From a virus, in the IMG/VR virus record IMGVR_UViG_3300043411_001314, positions 32,001-96,000 of that record: DNA of 64,000 nucleotides; one strand, 5' to 3'. The translations under genes were made by a program, and so were the position numbers. Every line of letters begins with the position of its first letter. Position 1 is the first letter of the stretch. This document shows, one piece after another, positions 25,617 to 36,608 of the stretch. Under the pieces are notes generated by a model. It searched no databases, was not told the DNA's origin, and was given only the letters and a program-made list of their open reading frames with translations.

Positions 25617-27014
25617 GTGAGCGTCAAAGCAGGCAAGGTTCTTACTGTCGGCAACGGCTTCCTCGTGGATCGCCTCCAGTCGACCGGTGGGTCCGGCGTC
25701 AACTTCCCCGAGGAGAGAATCCTCGAAACCGGCAACGAGCTGGCGGTCGACACCGTCTCGGACACCCCGCAGGTGTCGATCGAGCTCGAGTCGCTGGACA
25801 CCACGGTCGAGACCGAGGCGATCCTGATCAACGTCGACGAGACCACGCTGTCCGACGGCGACATCATCGACCTCCGTGACGCCAAGCCGCTGGACATCGT
25901 GTCCCCGGTGAAGGGCGCCGGTACGTCGAAGGACACCGTGGCCGGCGTGATCTGGGGTCAGTGCCAGCTGGAGTCCGCCACCTGGCGGTACGGTGTTCGC
26001 CAGAACGCCACCCAGTCGTTCTCGCTGACCTCCGACTCCCAGTACATCGGCGTCTACACGCCGTACCGTCAGGAGTGGGCTGCGGCCGGCACCGGCCCGT
26101 ACGCCTTCACCAACACCGCCATCAAGACGGTGGAGAAGGGCTCGGACCTGTACGCCCTGGCCGTGTGCATCCATGAGTCGGACGGCACCTACACCCCGCT
26201 GTTCCATGGTGCGGACTACACCAACACCAACGCCGGGTTCACCCTCGTCTCCGCTGCACCCGGTGGCTCGACCGTGACCGCCTGCTACTTCTCGGCGACG
26301 GACACCACGTTCGCTCAGACCGTGCACCCGACCCCGTCGGTGAAGCCGGCGGCTGTGCGCGGCAAGGACATCGAGTTCTACCTCGGCGTTGGCCCGACCC
26401 GCGTCTTCACTGGGTCCACCACGAACGCTGACGCCACGCTGACGGCTGCTGGCGGTGCGTTCACCTCGGCTGACGTCGGGGCTCTCATCGAAGCGACTGG
26501 CGTCACCGCCGGCACCACCATCGCGTCGGTGACCAACTCGACCACCGTGGAGCTCTCAGCCAACGCCACCGCCACCGGCAGCGTCGATGTCACCCTTCGG
26601 CCACCGCTGGTGTGGTGGAGAGGCGTCCAGTCGGTGGACGTCTCCTGGCGTGTCCAGATGGAGCGTGAAGAGGAGCTCGGCAACCCACACAACGTGGCGT
26701 CGGACTACGACGTGCCTGAGGTCGGTGGCTCGATCACCATGCGCCCGTCCACCATCGACTACCTGGTGGAGAAGGCAGCGCAGATCGCCGGCGTGCCCAC
26801 CACGCAGATCTCGAACCTCCTCCAGTCTGCGCTCCTCGAGCTGCAGATCCGGATCAACCACCCGTCGACGGGCTCTCGCCTGAAGACCTTCCGCTGCCGT
26901 GACGCCCGTGTGCGTCCGCCGGCGTTCGGTGCCCGGGTGAACCAGAAGGTGGAGCCGCAGTTCCAGTGGACCTCGGCTTCCGGCGACCTGGAGATCATCA
27001 AGGGCGCCCCGTAA
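25617..27014 (+). CDS. major tail protein
   Basis: Thr-rich 465 aa upstream of chaperones and tape measure; followed by hairpin. Confidence 0.75.
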   Translation: MSVKAGKVLTVGNGFLVDRLQSTGGSGVNFPEERILETGNELAVDTVSDTPQVSIELESLDTTVETEAILINVDETTLSDGDIIDLRDAKPLDIVSPVKGAGTSKDTVAGVIWGQCQLESATWRYGVRQNATQSFSLTSDSQYIGVYTPYRQEWAAAGTGPYAFTNTAIKTVEKGSDLYALAVCIHESDGTYTPLFHGADYTNTNAGFTLVSAAPGGSTVTACYFSATDTTFAQTVHPTPSVKPAAVRGKDIEFYLGVGPTRVFTGSTTNADATLTAAGGAFTSADVGALIEATGVTAGTTIASVTNSTTVELSANATATGSVDVTLRPPLVWWRGVQSVDVSWRVQMEREEELGNPHNVASDYDVPEVGGSITMRPSTIDYLVEKAAQIAGVPTTQISNLLQSALLELQIRINHPSTGSRLKTFRCRDARVRPPAFGARVNQKVEPQFQWTSASGDLEIIKGAP

Positions 27015-27021
27015 TCGAGGC

Positions 27022-27060
27022 GGGGGCGATGCCGTAGGCAGGGGACACGGCATCGCCCCC
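27022..27060 (+). terminator. stem-loop after major tail gene
   Basis: GGGGGCGATGCCGT-N11-ACGGCATCGCCCCC, no U-tract. Confidence 0.6.
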
Positions 27061-27107
27061 GACGGTGGCCAGCATTTCGAAGGAACAACGGAAGGACAAG
27101 GATCAAC

Positions 27108-27971
27108 ATGCGCCTCAGCGACATGTACAAGACCAGTGAGGAAGTCACGTTCATGCAGGGGTCCGACGCCGAAGAGACGGTGGCGGTCGTCAAGCTGAAC
27201 GAGCCGGAGCAGGCCACCTTGGCCCGCAAAGCCGGTGCCGCCCGAGCCCGGGCCATCGCCGAGCTCCGAGACCCGGAGTCGGATCTCTCACTGGAGCTTC
27301 GGATGGTCCTCGTCGGCATGACCGAGGACGAGTTGATCTCCCAGATCATCGACGAGGATCTCGAGCAGAAGCTCCTGTCGGTCCACGAGGAGCTCGCCGC
27401 ATCGGATGAGTGGTCGACTGACGACTACCTCCACGGCCTCGAGGAGGCGTGGAACGGCTCGGCCGACGAGCCTGGCCTCAAGGTCACCGGCGCCGACACC
27501 GAAGAGGGCCAGCGGGTCCTCAACGAGTTGTCCCGCTTCCACACCAAGGTAGGGGAGCTCATCGCTGCTGAGCGGGCGGATCTCCGCGCTGGGTTCGAGG
27601 GGCTCGACATGGAGTTCCTCCTCGACAAGGCGTACGCAGCCTGCGTGAAGCGCAAGGCCGACCAGGTGTTCATGGACGAGTACGTCCGCCGGCGCACCTA
27701 CATGTCGACCCGTGTCGGATCCGCCCCCGAGGATCGCCGCAAGTACTACTTCGACTCGATCGAGGACTACGACGACTGCGATGAGCTGATGATCAAGCAG
27801 CGGTTGATGAAGGCGTACGCCGAGATGGCCGTGGAGGGTGTGGAGGGAAAAGAATCGCCGGGTCACCCCGGTTCCTCGCCCTCGTCCGAAGCTCCCGCCA
27901 CGGAGCCGGTGTCGGCTCGCTCCGCCCGTCCGGCTGCGAAGCGTTCGAAGACGTCCCGAGCGAGTGGGTAA
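27108..27971 (+). CDS. tail assembly chaperone (gpG-like)
   Basis: Between major tail and tape measure; contains G GGA AAA slippery site. Confidence 0.8.
   Translation: MRLSDMYKTSEEVTFMQGSDAEETVAVVKLNEPEQATLARKAGAARARAIAELRDPESDLSLELRMVLVGMTEDELISQIIDEDLEQKLLSVHEELAASDEWSTDDYLHGLEEAWNGSADEPGLKVTGADTEEGQRVLNELSRFHTKVGELIAAERADLRAGFEGLDMEFLLDKAYAACVKRKADQVFMDEYVRRRTYMSTRVGSAPEDRRKYYFDSIEDYDDCDELMIKQRLMKAYAEMAVEGVEGKESPGHPGSSPSSEAPATEPVSARSARPAAKRSKTSRASG
27845..27851 (+). other. programmed -1 frameshift site GGGAAAA
   Basis: -1 frame (GKRIAGSPRF...EWVMAVAH) is open and joins ORF 27971..28195. Confidence 0.85.
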
Positions 27972-28195
27972 TGGCCGTCGCCCACGCTGACCACATCCTG
28001 GAGCTCCAGGCGAACCTCGACGGCAAAGAGATGCCGCCGGAGTGGATGTGGACTCTGCCGTGGGAGATGGAGCGCCACATGAAGAAGGTGGTTGCCGCCC
28101 GCAAGGAGAAGTACGGGAAGGACGACGACGACGAGGACATGGAGGGGGAAGGCTGGACCCGCAATGAGATGATCCCTGACGCGTGGCGCGACTGA
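27971..28195 (+). CDS. C-terminal part of frameshifted chaperone (gpGT)
   Basis: MPPEWMW motif; in frame with the -1 product. Confidence 0.75.
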   Translation: MAVAHADHILELQANLDGKEMPPEWMWTLPWEMERHMKKVVAARKEKYGKDDDDEDMEGEGWTRNEMIPDAWRD

Positions 28196-28207
28196 GAGGT
28201 GTGAGCA

Positions 28208-31200
28208 GTGGAGACTTACAAGCTGAACTTCAAGGTCGGGATCGACAAGACCGACGTCACCGCGTTCATCAGGGACATGAATCGTGCCGCCGCCGAGGCG
28301 TCATCTTCCATCGCCAAGGCTGCTTCCGGCGCCCAGGCGAAGGTGGGCGCCGGAGCTCCTGGCGCTGTAGCCACCCGGGGTATTGCCGACATCGAAGGTC
28401 AGCTGCGCGGCAGGGTTGGCTTGGCCGAGCGGTCCGGCCTGTTCTCCACCGGCCAAATACGGGACCTTCAGGGTGCCGTCAACGAGATCGTCCGACTTGC
28501 CAGGTCGGGGGTCCGCAAGGACGTCACCGCCGCTGGGCGCAACCTCACGTCCGACCTCGGTGCGTCGGGCGGTAAGGCGTACCGGTCGCGTGTCGGCGGC
28601 GTCGAGCAGTCGGTCTACCGTCGCGCCGAGGCCGAGGCCCAGGCCGCCGAGGCCGCCACTCAGGCCGCCGCCGAAGAGGGGCGACTGAACGCTTGGCGTA
28701 AGAACGCCCGGGCCCGCCTTCAGGGGTCCATCTCCACCGAGAACGCCGCCCGCGCCGAGTCGGCCAAGGCCGCCGAGCTCGAGGCCGCTGCCCGACTGAA
28801 GGAGGCCAATGAGGCGGAGAAGCAGGCCGCAGCGGCCAAGGCCAGGGCTGACAAGGCCCGCCCCATCTACGGCCCCCCGAAGCCGCCGAAAAGCGGGGTC
28901 GCCCCAGGTGTCGCCGCGGCCGAACGGCAGGCCAAGGAGCTCGCCGCTGCCCAGGCCAAGCTCGACAGGGAGCAGGCCAGGGCCCAGGCCAAGGCCGCCG
29001 CCGCCGCCTCTGAGCCGGAAGATGCCGTCCTGAAGAGGTTTGGTCTCCTCCCAGAGGGGGGGCTGGACTATTACTCCAAGGTGATGGGTGGCCCTGGCCC
29101 TGGCCTTGGTTGGGCTCGCCTCAACGCCGGACCCACGTCGGCGCTCGATCGCTACCGCGACCTGAACACCGGCATCGGCCGTAACGAGTTCGCGAACAAC
29201 ACCGTCCTCGATGGGGATGACAAGACCCTCGCCGAGATGTCGGCCGAGGCCCGCGCCAACCTGACCTCGCTTGAGCGGATGCGTCAGGCCACCGAGGAGC
29301 TGGCCAAGGCCGAGCAGTACCTGGCAGACCTCATGGGCCTGTCAAGCCGCGACATGTCCGGCAAGCTCCGCGCCGCCGCCGGGCCCGGTCGTCTGGCCGA
29401 ACTCCTGGAGCTCCGTGCGAAAAGGGAGGGGACCGCCGGGCTTCAAGACCTTGAGGGGTTTGAGGCCGCCGCCGACCAACGCCGGGCCAACGAGGTCAAG
29501 GAAGCCAAGAACAGGTACATCACCGACGACGACCTCGACGCCGCCGTCGGCGTGAAGGTGGAATCGGAGAGGCACACCAACGTCATCCGCGGCCGTGCCG
29601 CCGACGAGAAGCGCAGCAACCAGCGGCTGATCGAGGCCGACGCGGAACGAATCGTCGCGACCAACTTGGCATCCTCGGCTTCGAAGCGCATGGCTGCCGA
29701 CATGATGCGTGCGGCGGGGGTGGGACGCGAACGTGAGGCGACGCCGACGCAGCGTTTCCAGGCGTGGATCGCCAACCGCGGGGGCGGCGACAACCTGCCC
29801 CGCCCAGCCACCGACTTCATGCAGGGCAAGCAGCTGGCTGCTTCCCGCATCATGACCACCGCCTCCTTCGCCGCCTCTGGTGGCCTGCTGTACGGCGCCA
29901 TGAGCCTCGGGTCCGACATCATGCGGGAGTCGACCGAGCTCCAGGTCGAGCTCGGGATCATCGAGTCCCAGATCAACTCCCTGGACGCCACCGCCAACAA
30001 GGTGTCGCTCGAGAAGCTCCGCGACGAGCTCCACAAGACGTCCGTGGCGTCGGGTGTGGAGATGAACGAGGTTGCCAACGTCACCCGCCAGCTCGCCGGG
30101 GCATTCGCCGACCCGGAGACCGGGAACGCCAACTTCGCCCTCGCCCAGAAGGAGGCGGACGTCGCCCTGCGGTACTCGAAGATCTCTGGGATCCCCCAGC
30201 AGGAGATCACCGACTCCATGTCGGCCATCTCCCTGGCCTTCCGGGATGTCGACACCGACGTACCGCTTGGGTTCGAGCGGATTCTCGACACGGTCCTGGC
30301 GCTGGAGAACCGCTTCGGCGTTCTCAGCCCGGAGATCGTCAAGTTCACCGCCGATCTTGCCCCCCTCGGCAAGGAGCTCGGCTTCACCCAGGAGCAGCTG
30401 TCCGGCCTCGGCGCCGTCGCCCAGTCGCGGTCCGGGCGCTCCGGCACGGTGCTGTCCGAGCAGCTCGGCCGGATCCTGCCGTCCCTCCAGGACCAACAGA
30501 AGAAGCTGTATGAGCTGTTCAGCTTGAACGCAAACACCGAGGGTGCCGTTGGCGATCTGATGAAGGGGTTCTCGGAGGGTGACACCCCCGAGGTCCTGCG
30601 GACCCTGGTGAAGAACTACGACAAGTTGACGAAGGAGCAGCAGAACGAGATGGCGTCTCTCGTCGGCTCCCGCCGCGAGGCCGCCACCTTCTACGCCCTG
30701 TTGGATTCGCCGAAGCTGACCGAGGATGTCCTCAACGGGGACTTCGTCGCCGGCGGTGAGTTCGAGAATCGCTGGGACAGCTACGAGCAGACCGTCACCC
30801 TGTCAACCCAGCGGATGCGTCGGGCGGTAGAGGAGTTCGGCCAGAAGCTGTTCGACGCTGGCATCGACGACCTGTTGATCAAGGGTGCTCAGTTCGGCAC
30901 CGTCATAGCCGCCGCCCTGTCTGGCGCTGTCAGCTGGATGACCAAGCTGAACGACCTGATGGGTGGTCACCTGACCACGGTACTGCTCGCCGTGGGGGCG
31001 TGGAGAACCTTCGGGCCCTACGTCGCCAAGGCGGTGGCGGCGATGAAGGGATCAGCGGCCTTCGGCGGCCTCATGGGGCGGAGCGGAGCGGTTCCCGGGG
31101 CGGCCGGCCCCATGGTCGGAGCGGGGCCGTTCGGTGGCATGCTGTACGCCGCCCCCCCCGTCCAGGGCCCCCCCGCCCCGGGCACTCCTGGCGCCCCCCG

Positions 31201-33667
31201 CCAGCCCCTTCGTTCGAGAATCGGTGGCTCGGCCGTCCTGGGTCAACTGTCGACGGCCGTCGCCGGATATGCAGTCCTCGAGCTCGGCGCCGAGATCGAC
31301 GAGGTCAAGAAGCAAATCGACGTCGCCCGGACGGATCTTCGGTCCAAGATCGCCGAGGCGCTTGACAGCGGGGTGACCGAGGAGGAGCTGCGCCGGCGCA
31401 TCGACTCGGCACCCCAGTACGACTCCGGCCTCTTCACGGAGTGGAGCGGCATCTCGGGGATCAGCTCCGGGATCCCCCTGCCAAACGTCAAGAACATCAT
31501 CGGCAAGATCTTCGGCGTGAACACGGACGCCAAGGCACCTGGACTCGAGGAGTTGGAGGGGGAGCTGACGGCTCGGGCGGCCGAGCGGCAGGTTGCGGAA
31601 GGCCAGGCCCTCATCGACGCATTCAATGAGGCATTCTCCAGTTCCGGAGAGAATGGCCTCATCGCTTCATGGGAAAACCTTGGGTTCAAGATTGACCGGG
31701 ATAAGGATCGGCTCCCCCCGGAAGTGAAAGCTGCCCTAGCTCTCCCGGGGATGGACAAGGTCGGCATCGACAGCGGTTTCTCAATGGACAACCTTGTCCA
31801 GCTGCTACTGCTCAGGCAGCAGAATCCGGACCAGAAGATCTACCAGCAGCTTCTGGACTTCATCATCAACCAGGCAAGCATGGACCCAGAGCTGTTGAAG
31901 TTGATCAACGCGGCGACGTCGGCGTTCGATGACAAGACGGCCAAGGACGCGGCCTCAGCTGAGCTCGAGACCGAGGTTAGCGAAGCTCGTACGGCGTTCG
32001 AAACCGCCATGGGATCACTGGAGGCGGCGAACGAGGCCGGACGGGTGTCCGTGAAGCCACTGATGGACAGGATCGCTGAAGAGCGGGCGTTCTACGTGGA
32101 AATGATCAACCGAGCCCGCGACGCCGGCAATGAGGATTTGGTCAAAGAGTACGAGCAGATGATCTACGAGCTCGACTCCAAGGCCACGGACATCTTCACC
32201 TCGGACACCGACACCGGGTCCGACATCCGCTCGCGCCTCCTCGAGCTCTCCGGCGTAGGAAACTCGGATCCGGGTGGTACGAGAGTCGAGCAAGCGCAAG
32301 GTGCCTATGACCGGATTGCTGAGGCCCAGGGGATCCTTGTTAGCGCCAAGGCCGAGAAGGCCATGGAGGTCCTGGAGGCCCAGCAGGAAGATCTTGACCA
32401 GCAGATCGCCGACGCCACCGACCCGGCGGAACGAGACCGACTCCTGGCTGAGAAGATTCAGGTGTCGGATGCGATGCGTACCGATCTGGTGAGGTCTCAG
32501 CTCCAGTCGGATCGGCCGGCAGAGATCCGCGACATGGTCGTGGACGCGCTCCAGATCAAGGTGGAGGAGGCGGAGGCTCTGATTGCCCAGGCCATCATCG
32601 CCACCGACGAAATCAATGAGTCAATCCTGATGGCCGGCCTCGAAGCTCAGCGTCGTCAGCTCCAGGCGGCGATCAAGGCCCTGGGTCCTGCTGGGATCAT
32701 GCCGTGGAACAAGAAGGGCAGCAAGCTGAGGGCCAGACTGGAGGAGGTGTTGGCGGCGATCGAGGCCCTCGGGGAGCTCGACAACCCCAACGTCATCAGC
32801 GATCTCTCCGAACTCGGCGCCAAGGGTGGGGGTAAGAACGGCAAGGACACCGCGTCGGACGCCAACGCCAACGCCGAAGCCTACGGGGCCCTCCTGTCCG
32901 CTCAGCTGGCCCGGGATCCCGTGGCCCAGGCCCGTCAGAACCTGGCCAACGCCAACGCTGCCGTCGGCCGCGCCGACACCGAGGCCGCACGTCTCCAGGC
33001 CCTCGCCGGCCAGGTGTCGGCCCAGCACGCGCTCGAGGACGCGATGCAGGCCATGTGGGAGGCTCAGATCGACGTGGCCAACGCCATGTCCGAGTCGGTG
33101 GGTGATGTGGTGGCCGTGGCCAACCGCAACGCAGCAGTCGCCCAGGAGCGGCTGCGCATCGCCCAGTCGAACGGGACTGGCGGCGCCGAGATCTACGCGC
33201 TCCAGGCGGCGGCGATCCGGGCCCAGACGGAAGCGGTGGAGACGGCTCGCGGCGATCGCGTCGGGGACCTCGAGTACCTCTACGAGTTCGACAAGATCAC
33301 CGCCGAGCAGTTCATCAAGTCGCTCCAGGCGGAGCTCCTCCTCATTCCCGAGGCCAACAAGAACGCCCGCCGGGAGATCGAGCGGCGGATCAAGGCTCTG
33401 CGCGACGAGATGTCGTCGAACATGAGCATGAACATCCCGTCGGAGATCACCCTGCCGACGCTGTACGAGGCGCGCCGGCTCAACTCGAACCGCGGTTCGG
33501 GTGGCCCGGCCTGGGGCACCTACAGCCAGCTGCAGTCGATCGACAACAGGATCGTCACGATCAACGTGTTCGAGTCCGGGGACACCCGCCGCACCACCAG
33601 GGCGGTGTCCGAGGCCATGGACGCCTCGCCGAGGTCCGGGTCGTTTGCTACAGGGGAGTGGGTCTGA
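28208..33667 (+). CDS. tape measure protein
   Basis: 1819 aa, Ala-rich helical, after chaperones; TP901-like core (ELGFTQEQLSGLGA...SGRSGTVL). Confidence 0.92.
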   Translation: METYKLNFKVGIDKTDVTAFIRDMNRAAAEASSSIAKAASGAQAKVGAGAPGAVATRGIADIEGQLRGRVGLAERSGLFSTGQIRDLQGAVNEIVRLARSGVRKDVTAAGRNLTSDLGASGGKAYRSRVGGVEQSVYRRAEAEAQAAEAATQAAAEEGRLNAWRKNARARLQGSISTENAARAESAKAAELEAAARLKEANEAEKQAAAAKARADKARPIYGPPKPPKSGVAPGVAAAERQAKELAAAQAKLDREQARAQAKAAAAASEPEDAVLKRFGLLPEGGLDYYSKVMGGPGPGLGWARLNAGPTSALDRYRDLNTGIGRNEFANNTVLDGDDKTLAEMSAEARANLTSLERMRQATEELAKAEQYLADLMGLSSRDMSGKLRAAAGPGRLAELLELRAKREGTAGLQDLEGFEAAADQRRANEVKEAKNRYITDDDLDAAVGVKVESERHTNVIRGRAADEKRSNQRLIEADAERIVATNLASSASKRMAADMMRAAGVGREREATPTQRFQAWIANRGGGDNLPRPATDFMQGKQLAASRIMTTASFAASGGLLYGAMSLGSDIMRESTELQVELGIIESQINSLDATANKVSLEKLRDELHKTSVASGVEMNEVANVTRQLAGAFADPETGNANFALAQKEADVALRYSKISGIPQQEITDSMSAISLAFRDVDTDVPLGFERILDTVLALENRFGVLSPEIVKFTADLAPLGKELGFTQEQLSGLGAVAQSRSGRSGTVLSEQLGRILPSLQDQQKKLYELFSLNANTEGAVGDLMKGFSEGDTPEVLRTLVKNYDKLTKEQQNEMASLVGSRREAATFYALLDSPKLTEDVLNGDFVAGGEFENRWDSYEQTVTLSTQRMRRAVEEFGQKLFDAGIDDLLIKGAQFGTVIAAALSGAVSWMTKLNDLMGGHLTTVLLAVGAWRTFGPYVAKAVAAMKGSAAFGGLMGRSGAVPGAAGPMVGAGPFGGMLYAAPPVQGPPAPGTPGAPRQPLRSRIGGSAVLGQLSTAVAGYAVLELGAEIDEVKKQIDVARTDLRSKIAEALDSGVTEEELRRRIDSAPQYDSGLFTEWSGISGISSGIPLPNVKNIIGKIFGVNTDAKAPGLEELEGELTARAAERQVAEGQALIDAFNEAFSSSGENGLIASWENLGFKIDRDKDRLPPEVKAALALPGMDKVGIDSGFSMDNLVQLLLLRQQNPDQKIYQQLLDFIINQASMDPELLKLINAATSAFDDKTAKDAASAELETEVSEARTAFETAMGSLEAANEAGRVSVKPLMDRIAEERAFYVEMINRARDAGNEDLVKEYEQMIYELDSKATDIFTSDTDTGSDIRSRLLELSGVGNSDPGGTRVEQAQGAYDRIAEAQGILVSAKAEKAMEVLEAQQEDLDQQIADATDPAERDRLLAEKIQVSDAMRTDLVRSQLQSDRPAEIRDMVVDALQIKVEEAEALIAQAIIATDEINESILMAGLEAQRRQLQAAIKALGPAGIMPWNKKGSKLRARLEEVLAAIEALGELDNPNVISDLSELGAKGGGKNGKDTASDANANAEAYGALLSAQLARDPVAQARQNLANANAAVGRADTEAARLQALAGQVSAQHALEDAMQAMWEAQIDVANAMSESVGDVVAVANRNAAVAQERLRIAQSNGTGGAEIYALQAAAIRAQTEAVETARGDRVGDLEYLYEFDKITAEQFIKSLQAELLLIPEANKNARREIERRIKALRDEMSSNMSMNIPSEITLPTLYEARRLNSNRGSGGPAWGTYSQLQSIDNRIVTINVFESGDTRRTTRAVSEAMDASPRSGSFATGEWV

Positions 33668-34038
33668 TGGTTGTCAGGTGGACGTTCAGCGGGTCGTTCG
33701 GATCGGGGCAGTTCCCGATCAACCCCAAGAGGGGCGCCCTCCCGCAGCGGGAGAAGAACGTCAACGTCTCGTCGCAGGCGACGTCGCCCTACGCGAACCC
33801 GATCATCTTCGAGGGTCGTGAGAACCCGTCGATGTTCCCGTTCGAGGGCTCGATCATCAGCGAGTACCACTACAACTTCATGGTGGCCTGGTTCGAGTCC
33901 ACGCAGACCTGCTCGGTCACCGACGACCTCGGCAACTCGTTCGACCTGTACCTGACCAGCTTCAAACCGACGCGCAAGAACAGACACAACCACGACTGGG
34001 CCATGGACTACACCGCCGAGGCGGTGATCGTCGGATGA
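33667..34038 (+). CDS. distal tail-like minor tail protein
   Basis: Directly after tape measure; VTDDLGNSF. Confidence 0.6.
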   Translation: MVVRWTFSGSFGSGQFPINPKRGALPQREKNVNVSSQATSPYANPIIFEGRENPSMFPFEGSIISEYHYNFMVAWFESTQTCSVTDDLGNSFDLYLTSFKPTRKNRHNHDWAMDYTAEAVIVG

Positions 34039-35546
34039 GGCGGTCAGGGGCACTCGAGTCGATCTGGGCGTCCGGTCTCTACCTTGGCGACAACCGGGCC
34101 AACGCCTACGTCACCGTCAACCCGACCTGGCACCTCGAGGAGGACTCGTCGTCGTCCGCCGCCGTCTACGAGCCCGAGCGCATGCCCTTCCGCCGCTGGG
34201 CCGACACGGGGGGGGACATCGAGGTCCCTCGCTCGGTGCTGAAGTCCATCCAGATCAACCGGTCCATCACTGAGGACTGCGCGCAGCTGACCCTCGTCAT
34301 CAAGAACGCTGCCCCCGGCGGCGGGCCCAACATCGACCAGCAGGGCTACTTCGCGCTACGCCAGGTGGTGGCCGACTCCAGCTGGGGAAAGGCGCCCACT
34401 AGCTGGGGCGCGCTCGCCTACCCCGGCACGTCAGCCTCCTACGGCTACCTCGCCCCGGGCAGCCTCATCAAGACCTACGAGGGGTACGGCGGTTACAACC
34501 TGTCGCGCCCGGCGGCTCTCGGTGCCGGCAACGTGGTGCCGACGGGCGTGTGGATCGTCGACGACACCAACCTCACCGCCAACGGCGACATCTCAGTGAT
34601 CGCCCGCGACCTCGCCGCCCTGCTGGTCGATCAGACCCTGTACCCGCCCTTCATGCCCGACGACTGCTACCCGCTGCAGTTCTACAGCGCATCCTGGAAC
34701 GAGGACATCAACGGCGACCCTGACGGGTTCGTGCCGACGGAGACGAACTACGAAGACCTGATCAACATCCCCGAGCTCATTGCCCTTTGGGCGGGGTTCC
34801 ACGCCCCCGATGGCTCGGGCGTTCTCGGGCACGTCGAGCAGACCGGCATCGACATGCCGGCACCCTTCAAGGCCGACTTCTTCGACAAGAAGCAGCCGAT
34901 CGACGTGATCAAGGAGATCCTCAAGATCGTTGGGTACCGCGCCTGGGTCGACCAGGAGGGCGGCCTGCGGATGACGTCGCAGAACATCTGGCAGGCCGGC
35001 AACCGCCTCTACGGCGGTGGCGAGACCGGGGCGTGTTTCACCATCCATGAGCGCCAGATGCTCACCGCGTTCACCTCGTCGTGGACCCGACGGGCCGACC
35101 GGTCGCGGGTGATCGTATCGCAAGGCAACCCGGCCATCGAGGACGGCGTGAAGCACGCCACCTGGGACTCGACGCAGGACGCTCGGAAGAACCAGCTGCG
35201 CGGCGCGAACTACCCGGCGTTCTGGCAGTTGGACAAAGACATCCCCAAGGAGGACATGACGATCCTCGCCGAGCTCACCGCCATGCGCATGTGGTTCGCC
35301 CGGCATGGTGGCCAGATCACGGCATGGGCCAACCCGCTGATCGACCCGGACGACCAGGTGAAGGTGGTCGAGGCCACTACCTGGGACACGTTCCTACACC
35401 GCGTACAGTCGATGTCGACCACCAACGACATCGAGACCGGCAAGTACGAGATGACCCTCACCACGAACTGGATGGGCCCCGACAACTCCGGCTGGTACAT
35501 CGAGATCAACGAGGATGGGCACGTGATCTACAACGGGGGCACGTGA
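34035..35546 (+). CDS. baseplate hub / minor tail protein
   Basis: SIQINRS, GVWIVDD, ANPLIDPDDQVKV hub-like motifs. Confidence 0.7.
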   Translation: MRRSGALESIWASGLYLGDNRANAYVTVNPTWHLEEDSSSSAAVYEPERMPFRRWADTGGDIEVPRSVLKSIQINRSITEDCAQLTLVIKNAAPGGGPNIDQQGYFALRQVVADSSWGKAPTSWGALAYPGTSASYGYLAPGSLIKTYEGYGGYNLSRPAALGAGNVVPTGVWIVDDTNLTANGDISVIARDLAALLVDQTLYPPFMPDDCYPLQFYSASWNEDINGDPDGFVPTETNYEDLINIPELIALWAGFHAPDGSGVLGHVEQTGIDMPAPFKADFFDKKQPIDVIKEILKIVGYRAWVDQEGGLRMTSQNIWQAGNRLYGGGETGACFTIHERQMLTAFTSSWTRRADRSRVIVSQGNPAIEDGVKHATWDSTQDARKNQLRGANYPAFWQLDKDIPKEDMTILAELTAMRMWFARHGGQITAWANPLIDPDDQVKVVEATTWDTFLHRVQSMSTTNDIETGKYEMTLTTNWMGPDNSGWYIEINEDGHVIYNGGT

Positions 35547-36055
35547 TGGGCGTAACCCAAGGTGACCTCGCCGCCGTCCAAGGCCGGGTGCTGTCCTACC
35601 AAGGGCAGCGTGAGTTCAGGTCGTCCCAGCAGGGGGCGATGCGCTGGGCCCAGTTCCGACTCCACGCCGTTGGGTACAGCGACGCCGAGTACGGGCCGTG
35701 GGATGTCGTGGCTCCCGCCGAGGCCGTTCGGGAGTGCAGGTTCCCGATTGCGTTCGCCGAGGAGCCAATGATGGACGTGATGATCGCACTCGCCGATGGC
35801 GAGACGTGGTCCGGCTCCTATCCAGCCATCACCGCATGCGCTGTCGCCTGGCGACGAGTGAAGGAGAAGCAGATCTTCATCGGGGCGAACGTCGCCCTCT
35901 CGGCGAAGGGCATCGACACCGGGCAGAAGACCGTGGTCACGATCTCGTTCTACGGGCCGGCCTTCACCACGCCCATGAACACCACCCCGGAGATCGAGTT
36001 CTCGACGTCTGGACCGACGTGGGACATGGCCGAGTGGCTGGTGCCGCCGCCATGA
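35546..36055 (+). CDS. minor tail protein
   Basis: Coupled; paralogue of next gene. Confidence 0.65.
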   Translation: MGVTQGDLAAVQGRVLSYQGQREFRSSQQGAMRWAQFRLHAVGYSDAEYGPWDVVAPAEAVRECRFPIAFAEEPMMDVMIALADGETWSGSYPAITACAVAWRRVKEKQIFIGANVALSAKGIDTGQKTVVTISFYGPAFTTPMNTTPEIEFSTSGPTWDMAEWLVPPP

Positions 36056-36591
36056 CGGTGATGGCATCTGACGATCTGTCTGCGGTCCAGGGGCGGCTCC
36101 TCGGCTGGCAGGGCGCGCGTGAAACTCGGACCGCCTCTCAAGGTGGTGAACGGTGGGAGGTGTTCTCGGTTCCCCTCACCGGCGCCTCCCTTCCCGGCGG
36201 ACCCACTCCAGTTCTGGCGGCAGTCCTGCGAGCCGAGGTCGACTGTTCGTTCGCCTATGCGTTCCACGATGAGCCCTTCCTGAAGACCAGCCTCTCCCTC
36301 ATGGATGCTGAAGAGTGGGGGATCATCGAAGCACCCACATGCATGTACGCGACGGCCTGCGTGATCAACTGGCGCCGGGTGAAGGAGCAGCAGTTGATCA
36401 TCGGGGCGAAGGTCGCTCTCGGCGTCTACGATTACCCCATTCGCGACACCGATATGGGTATGGAGATGATGGTCAGGTTCGCCTTCCATGGCCCTGCCAT
36501 CGCTACCCCACTGACGTCTGAAGCTCAGTACGAGAACTCAACAAGTGGTCCCACCTGGGACATGGCCGACTGGCTCGTGGTCGAGCCGTAG
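36052..36591 (+). CDS. minor tail protein (paralogue of 35546..36055)
   Basis: Shared DL.AVQGR.L..QG.RE, WRRVKE.Q..IGA.VAL, STSGPTWDMA.WLV. Confidence 0.65.
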   Translation: MTVMASDDLSAVQGRLLGWQGARETRTASQGGERWEVFSVPLTGASLPGGPTPVLAAVLRAEVDCSFAYAFHDEPFLKTSLSLMDAEEWGIIEAPTCMYATACVINWRRVKEQQLIIGAKVALGVYDYPIRDTDMGMEMMVRFAFHGPAIATPLTSEAQYENSTSGPTWDMADWLVVEP

Positions 36592-36608
36592 AAGGAAGAC
36601 GAAGGAAC

